DNA of 59,647 bases, filler included, from Basidioascus undulatus (taxonomy: Eukaryota), in the NCBI GenBank assembly GCA_000826855.1. It is 5 parts of 5 records of this genome, joined end to end, with 100 filler letters (N's around TTAATTAATTAA, not from the genome) between each part and the next. Parts side by side here need not be neighbours in the genome. Positions count along the whole stretch, not along the records: positions 35,900 to 47,736 come from JTLS01000976.1; positions 47,837 to 59,647 come from JTLS01000977.1; 3 more parts are not named here. One strand, 5' to 3'. Positions 37,587 through 48,368 of the stretch are shown piece after piece. Position numbers and translations under genes: made by a program. The notes beneath the pieces were generated by a model. That model was given only the letters and a program-made list of their open reading frames with translations. It did not search any database and was not told the DNA's origin. How positions within the stretch are numbered: the first letter of the stretch is position 1; each line of letters starts with the position of its first letter.

Positions 37587-38103
37587 ATGGTCAACGCCAA
37601 CCCGCTCCCCGCCTAACCCGAACGCGTCGATCAACCTCGGCCTTAACCCCTTCAGACCCAACCCCCCTCGTGACGTACGACACCTTCATCTGGCAGACGC
37701 CCGGAGTCACCCTCGCTGCGCAAGCGTTCCTCTTCACCATCGCGTTGGGCGGAAACAGCACTCAGGCCGCCTGCTTGATCTCGATGGTGCTCTCTGTGCT
37801 CATGACGGTCATAATCTTCCAGGCTTTTGCCCGTCACCGCAGGGTCGAGCTTGCGGTGAGGCTCTGGCTGCGCAGATTCGAGGAACGCTTCTTCATCTCG
37901 ACGACGCCTCTCGCTTGAACAGGCTTGACCTGACGCAGGGAGCGTTTTAACCTCCCCGCCAAAGATGCTCCAAACGGATTGCTGTACTAAACCAAAGGGG
38001 CTCATGTTATGTGGCAGACCGCTATCGTCCTCATCAGTATCGTGGCGCTGGTGTCCTTTTGATCGCGGCTATCAAAGTCGAGTGGCTCGCGGCGCCGCGG
38101 TGA
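37587..38103 (+). pseudogene. Intronless small 3-TM membrane protein relic, bacterial-looking
   Basis: YDTFIWQTPGVTLAAQAFLFTIALGGNSTQAACLISMVLSVLMTVIIFQAFARHRRVELAVRLWLRRFEERF, then three in-frame stops and, in the same frame, a third hydrophobic helix MWQTAIVLISIVALV. Frameshifts near both ends. Confidence 0.65.
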
Positions 38104-39298
38104 GGGGAATGTCTTCAGAGGAATTGTGAGAACTTGGCAGAGGAGTATGACAGGAGAGGTGGCAGACCATCATATTTACGAGCTGTGGCATCGCGCATTT
38201 CATTAACGAGCATGGACTGATCGACTGTTAGTAAACGAGTGCGGTTGCGGCATGTCCAGTCCATTTTCTAAATGGTTTGACTTTATTTTCTCCACAGGGG
38301 CGCTACATGCTGTAAAAATCAGTTACAAGTACAAGAACAGCTGGTCGTGAGGCCGTGCCCTCCACTCGGTTCCAGTACAGCTCCAGAGCTCCAGCTGAAA
38401 ATTCTTCTCACAAATGCAAGGTGTCTTGCAAAATTTCTGTGTTGGAGATACTGTCATACAACTAGGAGCTTTACGTCGTTTCGAGTTTTGGTAGCAGGCG
38501 TTTGGATAAGAACAACTGGCAAACGCATGGGCCGGTCCCATCAGACAGTTGCCTGCAGTGCCTTACTTGGAGGATTCACCCTCTTATAGGGAGCTGGATA
38601 TGTTTATTGCACCCGTTATGCTCTCTATGACATTGTCTCCCCGGAACACCCCTTCGAGGGTTGCCAGCCAAGGCCATGTCCACACGACCAAAACGCGGAT
38701 CCCATCGAGATGGTAAAGGTAGAAATTGTACCTGTTTGGGTGAGATTTATGAAGAGATCTATGATTCTCAAATGTGCTCGTCCTGCTGCAAAATGCTGCT
38801 AAAACGCTCAGCCCTACGCGGCAGTGTTCTCACAGGTTTGTTACCAAACAATCTGCACCACTCGGCGCTGTGGTGCCGTACGTGTCGACAGAGTAAGCCC
38901 TATCGGAAAACTTTTTCAAGCAGGTAAGCCCGATGCAGCCCGACGCACCGCAACACAGCCAACATGCCTCGTGTCGGAATTTGATTGCAACCGTCCGCGT
39001 TCGTCTCCTTTTCAGGTGCCGCTCACCGCGCGCTCATATCTGCCACTTCGCTTCGTCCCTTCAAACACCAAGCCGCAATCGATTTGTTAGAGCCATGGTG
39101 CTCAAAGACCCAGTGGGCGCCCCGCACTCATATCTAGCATCGCTTTCTTGTCCTCTTGCCCCTGTGCCTACCTCGAGCTCGGTGTGCGAATCCGCCAAGC
39201 GTCCAGCCCCTTCTGCGTCGAACGCAGCAGCGTCTGAGCGTGGGTGACCCTCTCCTCTACCTCCTCTCCCCAGCTTTGCCCATATCGCGGCCAAGAAC

Positions 39299-40070
39299 AT
39301 GCAGCCCCTCGAGATCGTCGACTACTCTCTCCGGGATCACCGCCCCACGCCATCCGACGCACGCTCCCGGCGCAGTCTGTACCATCGTTCTCGACAGGCG
39401 ATGGCCTTCTTCCCTCACCAATTCGTGCGTCCGTGTCGGTGCCCCCTAATTTTGTCCCTTCTCATTCCCAGCGAGCAGCCTGTTTGACAGCTTTCTGGCC
39501 GATTCAGGGTGTGGGGCCATAGAACTTCCAGCCTGAAGTTTCTCTCGCTGATCGCGAGTTCAACCTCCTCGACTCTCTCTCGACTCTGCTTCTCGGCGCC
39601 GACATCGAGATCCCAAAGCTCACCCCGTGCGGGGGCGACCTCGGGCAACGCCTCGAGGAGAAGCTGTGGGGGGGCAAGATACACAGGAGACTGCGGCCGG
39701 ATCCTCACCCGAGCGTGCCACAGATCTACCGCTTGAACGTCCGTACGCCTTGGATATTCGCAGTAGCGGCTTAAGCAGCGTGACCATCCTGCCTGTGCTG
39801 ACTCCAACTCGTCTAGGACCCAACATCCTTCAGGCGAAGGTGGGTCGCACGGGACTTTACTCCCAAAACCCGGTCATTTTCGCTCCGTTCTGCCGCACCC
39901 AGCTCGAGGCGTACGTTGCACCAGCTCTTCGCCCAACCTGGAAGATACTCAAATGCCATGCGCCCCCAACAGTCCAACAGCCACCCCCGAGACGCCTGCA
40001 CCGGCCGGTACGGCCGCCCCGTCGTCCGCGCCGCCTCGGACTCGGGGGGCGCGGCGGCGAGTCCCGGTAA
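39299..40070 (+). pseudogene. Possible F-box/LRR-like decayed gene
   Basis: Fragmented protein-like frames (MQPLEIVDYSL..; RPYALDIRSSGLSSVTILPVL); no diagnostic motif. Confidence 0.25.
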
Positions 40071-40968
40071 CGATGTCCCAGACGCACGCCTGGGCGGAGG
40101 CGCGGAGGGCCACCGAGGCTTTCACACTTGCATGGAAGCCCTTCAGATGTCCACATCGAGCAAACCATCAATTTTTTTACCCGTTTTTTTTTGCCTTGTC
40201 GCTCTTTGCCGTGCTCTCTAGTTATAAGGCTTCAAACTAAAAGGGCAGCCAGCGCTTTCCGACCGACTGCCGTTCGTATCCTCCGAGGGACACCGACGGG
40301 GCCCCTTCATTTCGATCAGCTCAAGCTGTACACCTTATGGCAAGAATGGAAAATAGCTGCTGTAGGGACCAGAAGCATCGCAGGTGCTCTGTGTACTGAT
40401 GACAGGACGATCCGCTGGTAGGCAACCGATGGGCTGCACGCTCGGTCACTCAACGCCCAAGATCACCGCAATGCCGCCCAATGACGCCATAAGTGAACTC
40501 GGAGGCCAGAAGATCGATCGACAGCGAGCGAATGCAGGAAGGTAATAGGGATGGTACGAAGGCAGCTGATTTTTCTGTTAGTCGGAAGGTGATACGCTGG
40601 TCGAGCACTTAAAGATCAGAGACGGCGGTAGGCTTCGTGGACACCGAGGAAGCGCGGTGGGCCGAGTCGCAGGCGGTATGGCGAAGTCGTGTACGCGAGA
40701 AGGGTGCCGAGGTGGTGGACGACGAGTATGAGGAATAGGAGGCAGAAGCAAGGAGGAGGTGTAGTGTGAGTGGGAAGTATTTGAAGGACGTGTACAGTGC
40801 GAGAATGTCGACCTTCCCTTCCCGGCATCGACCTCTGCCAGTGTCGCTTTCGCATCGCTCGCACAACCCTCTCGAGTACGCTTTGTGCGTACAAGGTGGC
40901 GTGAGGTGGGAGGGTTCGATGGAGTGGTGTGTATCCCGCAAGAGGCGCGATCTACATGCGAGCAACCA

Positions 40969-41583
40969 TCAATCGCAGCTGCCGTCCTTCCACCCGTCCC
41001 GCCACCGCTCGCCCACGCGCGAGCAATCAAACTCGTCCTTCCCCAATCTCAGATTGACCTCATTGTGCATCCTACCTCACCCATCTCACTATATTAGCAT
41101 TCCCTCTGCCCCTCTTCCTCCCCTGCCCTTCCGCACGCACCTGCACATCCACTGTTCAAGCCCCGTCCGCCCACCCACATCCGGCGGATCCCGCTTCAAG
41201 TACCCCCTCAGATGTTCCGCGCAGTCTCCGCATGGGTAGTGCGTCCCCAGCGCGTTGATAAGCGCGCGCATCGAGCCCTGCTGTTGCTCGGTCGGGCGCA
41301 CGGGGTAGTACGCCGCGGTGGTGTGGAGGAACGTCCACGTGTGGCGGCCCAGCTGCTCGCGGTCGGGCGGGCACTCGGGGGAGGGGTTCTTTTGCAGGGA
41401 GGCGAGGGCGGTCCCCATTGCGGAGGCGGAGGCAGCGCCGGCTGCGCGCGAGGACTGTTGCTTCGTCCAGGACTTGAAGGAGGAACAGACTCTGCAGGGC
41501 TTCCCGTCGGGCCCGAGGACAGTGCCCGGCGGGAGGGACTCTTTGGGCGTCGGCGCCGGGTCGGAGGAGGAGGGCTCTGGCAT
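40969..41583 (-). CDS. ERV1: Mitochondrial FAD-linked sulfhydryl oxidase Erv1/ALR, one intron (41072-41140)
   Basis: Shuttle motif DGKPCRVC, then [34 protein letters not shown] and [37 protein letters not shown]. Confidence 0.96.
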
Positions 41584-41832
41584 GGTGTGGTGTGCTGGTG
41601 GGAAAGAGGGCGTGAGGATGTACCGGGGGAGGCGAAGGGAGAAGACGCGCATCAGTCAGCGACGCGGCAACAGGCTTGTTTAGAGTTACAGTAGCCCAGA
41701 TGAAGGCAGGCAGTGTGGCCAACCGCGGGAAAGTACCCCGAGCTTTCACGCTTCATTGACTCGGTCTTCTCCCTTCACCTTCACTTTCGTCCTCCTTGTC
41801 TCCTCCTCCCCATCCTCCCTTACCACCCCTCG

Positions 41833-43392
41833 ATGTCCTCTGAAAACCTCTCCGCCGAACAGCTTGCAATTGCGGCCAAGGCGGCCTTTGACGCCTCCCA
41901 ACTCGTCGACGTCGAGCAGCGCAACGTCGCCCTACACGGCATCCGCAAGGTCCTCGAGGACCGGCAGGACGAGGTCTTTGCTGCGAACCAGATCGACTTG
42001 GATGTGCGTCCTTCATCTTCTTTCTCCAGGGATGTATGGTTGATCTGTGGGCGGGTTGGTGCTTCCAACAGGCTGCCGAGAAGCTCGTCGCGGAGGGGAA
42101 GCTCGCCGCGCCGCTCCTGCGCCGGCTGTCGCTCAAGTCGCCTGGCAAGTATGCGTCCATGCTCCAGGGGCTGACGGACATTGCCGCGCTCCCGAGCCCG
42201 ACGGACGCCATCTCGTACGCGACGGAGCTGGACGAGGGGCTCGAGCTCTACCGCGTCGCGTGCCTCGTCGGCGTCCTCCTCGTCATCTTCGAGAGCCGCC
42301 CCGAGGTCGTCGTCAACATCGCCGCGCTCGCTATCAAGTCCGGCAACGCCGCGATCCTCAAGGGCGGACGCGAGTCGACGCACACCGCCCGCCTCCTCAC
42401 CCAGCTCATCGCGGACGCGCTGCGCGGCCAGACCACGCTCCCGCCCTCGCTCGTGCAGACCATCTCGACCCGCGACGAGGTGTCGGCGCTGCTGCATATG
42501 GACAAGTACATCGACCTCGTTATCCCCCGCGGAGGGAACGCGCTCGTTGCGTCCGTCAAGGAGCGCAGCCGCATCCCCGTCATGGGCCATGCGGATGGCA
42601 TCTGCAGCGTGTATGTGGACGAGCATGCGGACCACGAGAAGGCCAGGAGGGTCGTCGTGGACTCCAAGGTGCGCTTTCTGTGTCCTTGTTTCCCTTCCTT
42701 TCCGGGCTCTGTTTGCCGAAGAAGAGGGATGGGCAATGCTGATGCTGATGGGACGGGGACAGACCGACTACCCCTCCGTCTGCAATGCGACTGAGACGCT
42801 GCTCCTGCACTCCTCGCACCTCACCACCCTCTGGCCGTCCCTCGCGCTCTCCCTCCTCTCGCACAAGAACCCCGTAACCCTGCATTGCGACGCCCCGTCC
42901 CTCTCCGCTCTCCAATCCGACCCCTCCATCACCTCTCACCCGGTCTTCGCGTCCCACGTCGTCCCCTCCACGCCGGAGGACTACACGACCGAGTGGCTGG
43001 ACTATACACTGTCCGTGCAGACCGTCCCCTCCCTCAGCGCGGCCATCGCGCACGTCAACACGCACGGCTCGCACCATACGGACGCGATCGTGTCTGAGGA
43101 CGCGCGTGCACAGAACACGTGGCTCCGCGGCGTGGACAGCGCGGGCGTGTACGTCAACGCGTCGACGCGCTTCGCTGACGGGTTCCGGTACGGCTTTGGT
43201 GCCGAGGTGGGCGTCGCGACGGGCAAGACGCACGCGCGCGGGCCGGTCGGTCTGGAGGGGCTGGTCATCTACAAGTATGTGATGAGGAGTAAGGCGGAGA
43301 AGGGCCATGTGGTGGGCGAGTTTGGCGAGGGCGGGAAGAAGTACCTCCATCGTAGGATCGAGGGCGGGTCGCCGTGGAGCCAGGCGCGATAG
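41833..43392 (+). CDS. PRO2: Gamma-glutamyl phosphate reductase, two introns
   Basis: Motifs GVLLVIFESRPEV, KSGNAAILKGGRES, IDLVIPRGGNALV, PVMGHADGIC, YPSVCNATETLL, HGSHHTDAI and NASTRFADGFRYGFGAEVGVATGKTHARGPVGLEGL. Confidence 0.97.
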
Positions 43393-43552
43393 AGGGGACG
43401 CGGACTCATGGACTGCTTAGAGATCATTTGCTGCTTTTGAGGTGCTCTGAGAAGATATGGTAAACTGTCTGTGCATGCAGTCACTCGTTTCTGTTCTCAA
43501 ATGTTCAATAAAGCATGCCTGCAGCAGCCACAGCCACAGCCCCACCCACCCC

Positions 43553-45084
43553 TCATGAATCCACCTTGGCCTTCTTCGCCTCCTCCGCGCCCTCCCCGCT
43601 CTCCTCCGCCTTCCGCTTCTCCGCAACAGGCGCAGCAGCGGCCGCGGACTCCCCCTCAGCGTTGCTAGGCTTCTTCTTCTTGACGGCGCTCAGGACGTTG
43701 ACGGGCGCGTCCGCCGCGATCTTCGGCGCGTTCGGGTTCTGCGACGTCGCGTTCAGGAGCGCCTCGAGCGCAGTCTTGCCCTGCTCTGTGGACTGCGCGG
43801 GCGGGGGCGCGCTCAGCTCCACAATCTGTTCCATCCCGAGCGAGTCAACTCCGTCAATCCCAAGTTTTAAAGACGGGATTGGGGGAAGAGGGCGGCGCAC
43901 CTTCTCGTCCAAGTCCTCCACCAGCGTCCCGACTTCCTTGACCTGCTTCTGGGCCTGCTCGACGTTCAGGCGCGCAACAGCGTCCTTCTGCGCGGCGCTC
44001 AGCAGCGCATCGTCCGTCGTGTCCGCGTCCCCGCCCTTCTCCACGCGCGCCTTGAGCTCGTCCAGCCGCGCGAGCAGCGTTGCGCGCGCGGTCTCGACCT
44101 CCTTCAACGCGTCCGCGCGCTTCACGTGCCCAGGCGTCAGCTCGTACCCGATCGCGAGCTTGTAGTGCGCTTCCGCCAGCTGCCGCGAGGAGGCGGGAAG
44201 GAGGTCCTTCTTCAGCGAGAGCGCAGTCAGGTACTCATTCGTCGCGTCCTCGAAGCGTTCTGCGGTAGAGGATGCGTTAATGAGGACGATGGGAGGGCTG
44301 CGACCAGGAAGGGGAAGGGGCCTACCCAGCTCAAGCGCGATATCGCCTAGCAGCATATGCGCGTCCGCCTGGCCCACGCGCGCGGCGTCGCCGCTCGCCT
44401 TCGAGAAGATGACCTTGGCGAGGTCGAGGATCTCCCAGGCCGTCCCAAAGTCGTCCTCCTCCTCTTCCTGCGCTGCCTCGCCGCCCTCCTCCTCCTCGTC
44501 TTCCTCGTCCTCAGAGTCGTCGCCCGCGAAAGAAAAGCGCGAGTCGGCAGGGGCGGAGGGGCCAGCGGCGGTGGAGGGGCCAGCGGTGGGAGCGGCGGAA
44601 GAGGAGGAAGCGACGGCGGGAGCGGCAGGTTCGGACGCTGTGGAGAGGGCTGGTTGGAGAAGGAGGGAGGGATATGCTCGGGTAAGGCATGTGCACGAGA
44701 AGCAGCAGTTGAGTGAGCGGACGCGCGACTCACCGGGCGCGCTACCCTCCGCCTCCTGCTCACCGTTCGCCTTCACTGGAGCCTGCCCGCCAAGCACCGC
44801 CGTCTGCGACACAGCATGGAAGTACAGCGCCTCGCCGTAGCGGAGGTACAGCTCTGCAGCCTCGTGGCTCATCTCCCCATGCTTCGCGGAGCTGTGGACA
44901 CCCACCCCCGAGCGCGTTAACCTCAACCCTGCTTCGGGAGAACAGCAGCGGAGACAACTTACACGATCTGGAGCGCGTCAGTGTACCGCGCGGCGGCCTC
45001 GTCGTACTTGTCGAGCGCGAACGCGCGCTTGGCTTCCTCGACGTAGGACTCGGCCGTGCGCTCCTGGGCAGCAGCGGGGGGCAT
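43553..45084 (-). CDS. NASP/Sim3/Hif1-family histone chaperone (SHNi-TPR), multi-exon
   Basis: Motifs AKRAFALDKYDEAA, AELYLRYGEALY, acidic insertion, DDFGTAWEILDLAKVIF, HMLLGDIALE, RQLAEAHYKLAI and VNVLSAVKKKK. C-terminal KRK...KKAKV NLS-like sequence. Confidence 0.9.
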
Positions 45085-45540
45085 GGAGGTGGTGGTTCTG
45101 TGGTGGAAATGGACGTCAGAGGTATACGCTGCGACGTTGTTTGTGAGAATGAGCGTACTCGTTGGACATGGTCTATGGTATGTTTCTAGGCGGGTGCAGG
45201 TGCGGGAGTGTAGAGTCGAGGAGGTGGTGGTCGGAAGGTAAGGAGGAAGGCTGACGCGCTCTCGAGAAAGACGCGTCGCCCATTTGGCCACTTTGCCTTT
45301 GGCCTCCAACGCGTTCCCCCCTCCCGCTCGTGTTCGAATACTTCACCTTCTCGCATATTTCTCTCCACTCATCAACACGCTTCAAACGCTTACAATCCCC
45401 GTCAAGATCGACTCGTTCAATGTGGACGCGATATGCGAAGGGTTCGGTATGGGATCGGAAGTTATCAACCGGGCACCGACAGTTGCGAAGTCGTTTACCC
45501 AAGCACGTCCCTTCATTAGCTCTGTCTTTTATTTCGCATC

Positions 45541-47645
45541 ATGCGTTTCCTTCCGCCGACGCTCGCCCTCAGCGCCCTCGTCGCGCCCATCCTCGCCGCC
45601 CCTGTTGCCCAATCTTGGGACTCCGACTCGTCCGTCGCCTACACGTCTGATTCCTACACGTCTCAATACGGCACCGCCTATTCTGGCGCATACGACAACG
45701 ACGACGACGACGACGACAACAACGACAACAACGGCAATGGCAACGGCAATGACGATGGGAGGACTGAATCGCTCAAGAACCAGGTATGTGATCATCGTTG
45801 GCAGTTTGTGAAGGGGTACTTGGACACACTTTCTGACATTCGGTTCCGATAGTACATCATTACCTTGCGCGAGGGTTCCGACCACGGCGCTTCCACTGCG
45901 AAACTGAAGGAGCTGCTGGCCAAGTACGCGGACTCTGACCTGAAGTATGAACTACAGGTGAGCATCGCACCTTCGTTTTACTTTGGTACCTTAATTACAG
46001 CTTCTGGGATTAATTTTCGCAGAGGGTCCATCAACAGCTACGCTGGCAAGTTCAACCCTGAGGTGCGATCTGCTATCCCTTGTTTCAAGCGTCTCGTGGG
46101 TAAGCGTTAACTTGTCAGAGTCTGTGATGCAGGTCCTTCAAATGATTCGGGACGCCCTCGGTCAAGACCTCCTGGCGGTGGAGGAGGACGGCCCGGTTTG
46201 GAAGAGCGCGGCTACCTCCAAGGGCGGCGGTGAGTGCCGTTCAAACTCAAATGCCTTCTTTCACCCACCACCGATAGCTCATCAGTCACAAACAGCCACC
46301 TGGGGAATGCAGCGTGTCAGCCAGAAGGCCGCTTTCGAACCCGCTCGCACGCAAGAGAGCCATCAATACGCCCTTGACTGGCCGTCCATGGGTTCTACAC
46401 ATTCAAGATTTAACTAAGGGGCGCCTAACAACTACAAGGTACGACACCACTGCCGGTCAGAACGTGGACGTCTAAGTAATCGACACTGGTGTTAAGGTAA
46501 TCACGCTAATTGAGGATCAACGGGGAGATTCGGGCTGACCACTGAACATCGTCAGATCTCGCACACCGAGTTCGCAGGTCGCGCCTAGTACGGCTGGAAG
46601 GCGGCTTCCTTCGCCGCGCTGACGATGAGAACGGGTGCGCGTAGCTCACGTCTCTTTGAAGATATAGGGTCACTGAGTATTTGGTTTCCTTTAGGCACGG
46701 CACTCACTGCGCTGGTACCATTGCTAGCAAGACGTACGCTGTGGCCCCCGTGAGCAGGAACCGATGCTAAGCTCGGCGCGGGATCTGTTTTCGCTGACTC
46801 TTGCACTCGACCACCTTTCAGAAAGCGTCTATAATCTCTATCCGCGTTCTGGACGGGCAAGGACGGGGGCTAATGTCCGACGTAATCGCTGGCCTGGACT
46901 ATGTCACTGCTCAGGCGAAGGCCACCCGTCGCCTTTCCGTTGCGTCTATGTCCCTGACTGGCGGTGCGTAGACGTTTCATTTCTCTCATATTTTTCACTA
47001 TCTCCCACAAGCTTTCCCTTATTCAGGTGCCCTTACTGCTCTGGACCAAGCTGTGTCTAGGGCGACGTCCGATGGTGTCCACGTCGTTGCTGCCGGGGGA
47101 ATGACAACGCGGATGCCTGCCAATACTCGCGCGCTCGTGGTGAGTGCCAGTATGATCTTTATTCTATTCCGCTTAGCTGTAGTCTCTGCTATCATTACGC
47201 CCACAAAGCTCTGCCATCGCCGTGGCTGCCTCCAACTTCTATGACACTCGCGCTGACTTCTCGAACTGGGGCACTTGCGTCGACGTCTTTGCTCCCGGTG
47301 TCAACGTGATTCCTCTCGCAATTACTGAGTACGTTCAACCATTACTTCTGAGGCATGTAACCAAATACTGACGTTCTCGTTCCTCCTCCCGCGACTCCGC
47401 GCTCTCTATCGCCTCCGGCACAGCATGGCTGCCCCTCATGTTGCCAGTGTTTCCGCCGCACTTCTCTCCAAGGAGGGGCAAGTCTTGGTATCTCTTATAA
47501 ATACATAATCAGACCTGGCATTCTGGCACCCCGCTGCATGTGCAGGAAGCGCACTCCTTCATCTCTGGCGTCCCGTATTCGGACTCCCGCTGCCGCCAAT
47601 CTGGTTGTCGGCTCCCCGAACTATATCGTGTACAACTGGAACTAA
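45541..47645 (+). pseudogene. Secreted subtilisin-like (S8, proteinase K-type) serine protease, decayed
   Basis: Signal peptide, I9 propeptide (YIITLRE..YAGKF), TWGMQRVSQ, and triad motifs VIDTG, HGTHCAGTI and SGTSMAAPHVA, plus [14 protein letters not shown]. In-frame TAA at 46473-46475 and TAG at 46586-46588; frameshift near the AAGN motif (~47095). Confidence 0.88.
45693..45753 (+). repeat. Coding (GAC/AAC)n microsatellite giving a poly-D/N tract
   Basis: GACAACGACGACGACGACGACGACAACAACGACAACAACGGCAATGGCAACGGCAATGAC. Confidence 0.8.
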
Positions 47646-47736
47646 AGTATCTCCTACCCGAACTCTTCCCCATGCGCCCTACCCCACCTCCCCCTCTCAA
47701 CGTCTTCTTCTGCTTGCCTCCGACCCCGACGCTTTT

Positions 47737-47836
47737 NNNNNNNNNNNNNNNNNNNNNNNNNNNNNNNNNNNNNNNNNNNNTTAATTAATTAANNNNNNNN
47801 NNNNNNNNNNNNNNNNNNNNNNNNNNNNNNNNNNNN
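47737..47836. other. Artificial contig linker
   Basis: N44-TTAATTAATTAA-N44. Confidence 0.98.
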
Positions 47837-47944
47837 GGAAGAGGGGGAGGCGGGGGGGTAGAACGGTGCGGGTGCGGGGGCGTACGGCGCTGGCCTGCGC
47901 CCGCTGTCCCAGAGCACGCTGTTGCTCGCGCCGTATGTCGCCAT
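47837..47944 (-). CDS. Possible 5' start of an unidentified gene, truncated at the contig edge
   Basis: GCATGG context, MATYGASNSVLWDSGRRPAPYAPAPAPFYPP; divergent from the carrier gene. Confidence 0.35.
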
Positions 47945-48368
47945 GCTACGGCCAACAGCTGTGCGTGAAGAGAGTAAACGGCGATGGTAGTCAAATGACG
48001 AAAGTGTGAGTTGCAACTTCAGAAGATGAGAGTCGCGACGCGTTCAAGCAAGATCAAGAGTATGAATTCCGCAGGCTTTCGGTCGTCGCTCTTTAGAAAG
48101 TCATCTTGCACGTTTCGCGAATCGGCATCGGGCAAGCTTTTTCGCCGGCTGCAACACTTGCAGCCTACAGAGATCAAAGCTGCATCTCATTTATAATTAT
48201 CATTAAAAAACCAGGAAATTATCGATGAAGGTGCACATGAGCTACCACAAGCGAGGCGAGCGAGCACCGGGCCCGGCAATCTCAACCGCCAGGCAACTCT
48301 CCGCCCGAGCGCAGCCTGCGTCTTCCTCTCAACCTCCATCACCCTCATCCACGCCCGCGTACTAAAGA

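Noticed and set aside
41820..43350. Long antisense and alternative-frame ORFs over PRO2 and other GC-rich genes
   Set aside because: These are expected shadows of high-GC3 coding sequence. The products are low-complexity and Arg/Pro/Gly-rich with no recognisable motifs.
7743..46588. Stop-codon reassignment (TAA/TAG read as Tyr), suggested by stops at expected Tyr positions in the PDR gene (7743) and subtilisin (46473)
   Set aside because: ERG20 and PEX10 end in TAA and PRO2 ends in TAG at their expected C-termini. Intact genes have no internal TAR, and the same broken genes also carry frameshifts and deletions. TAC to TAR is a single substitution.
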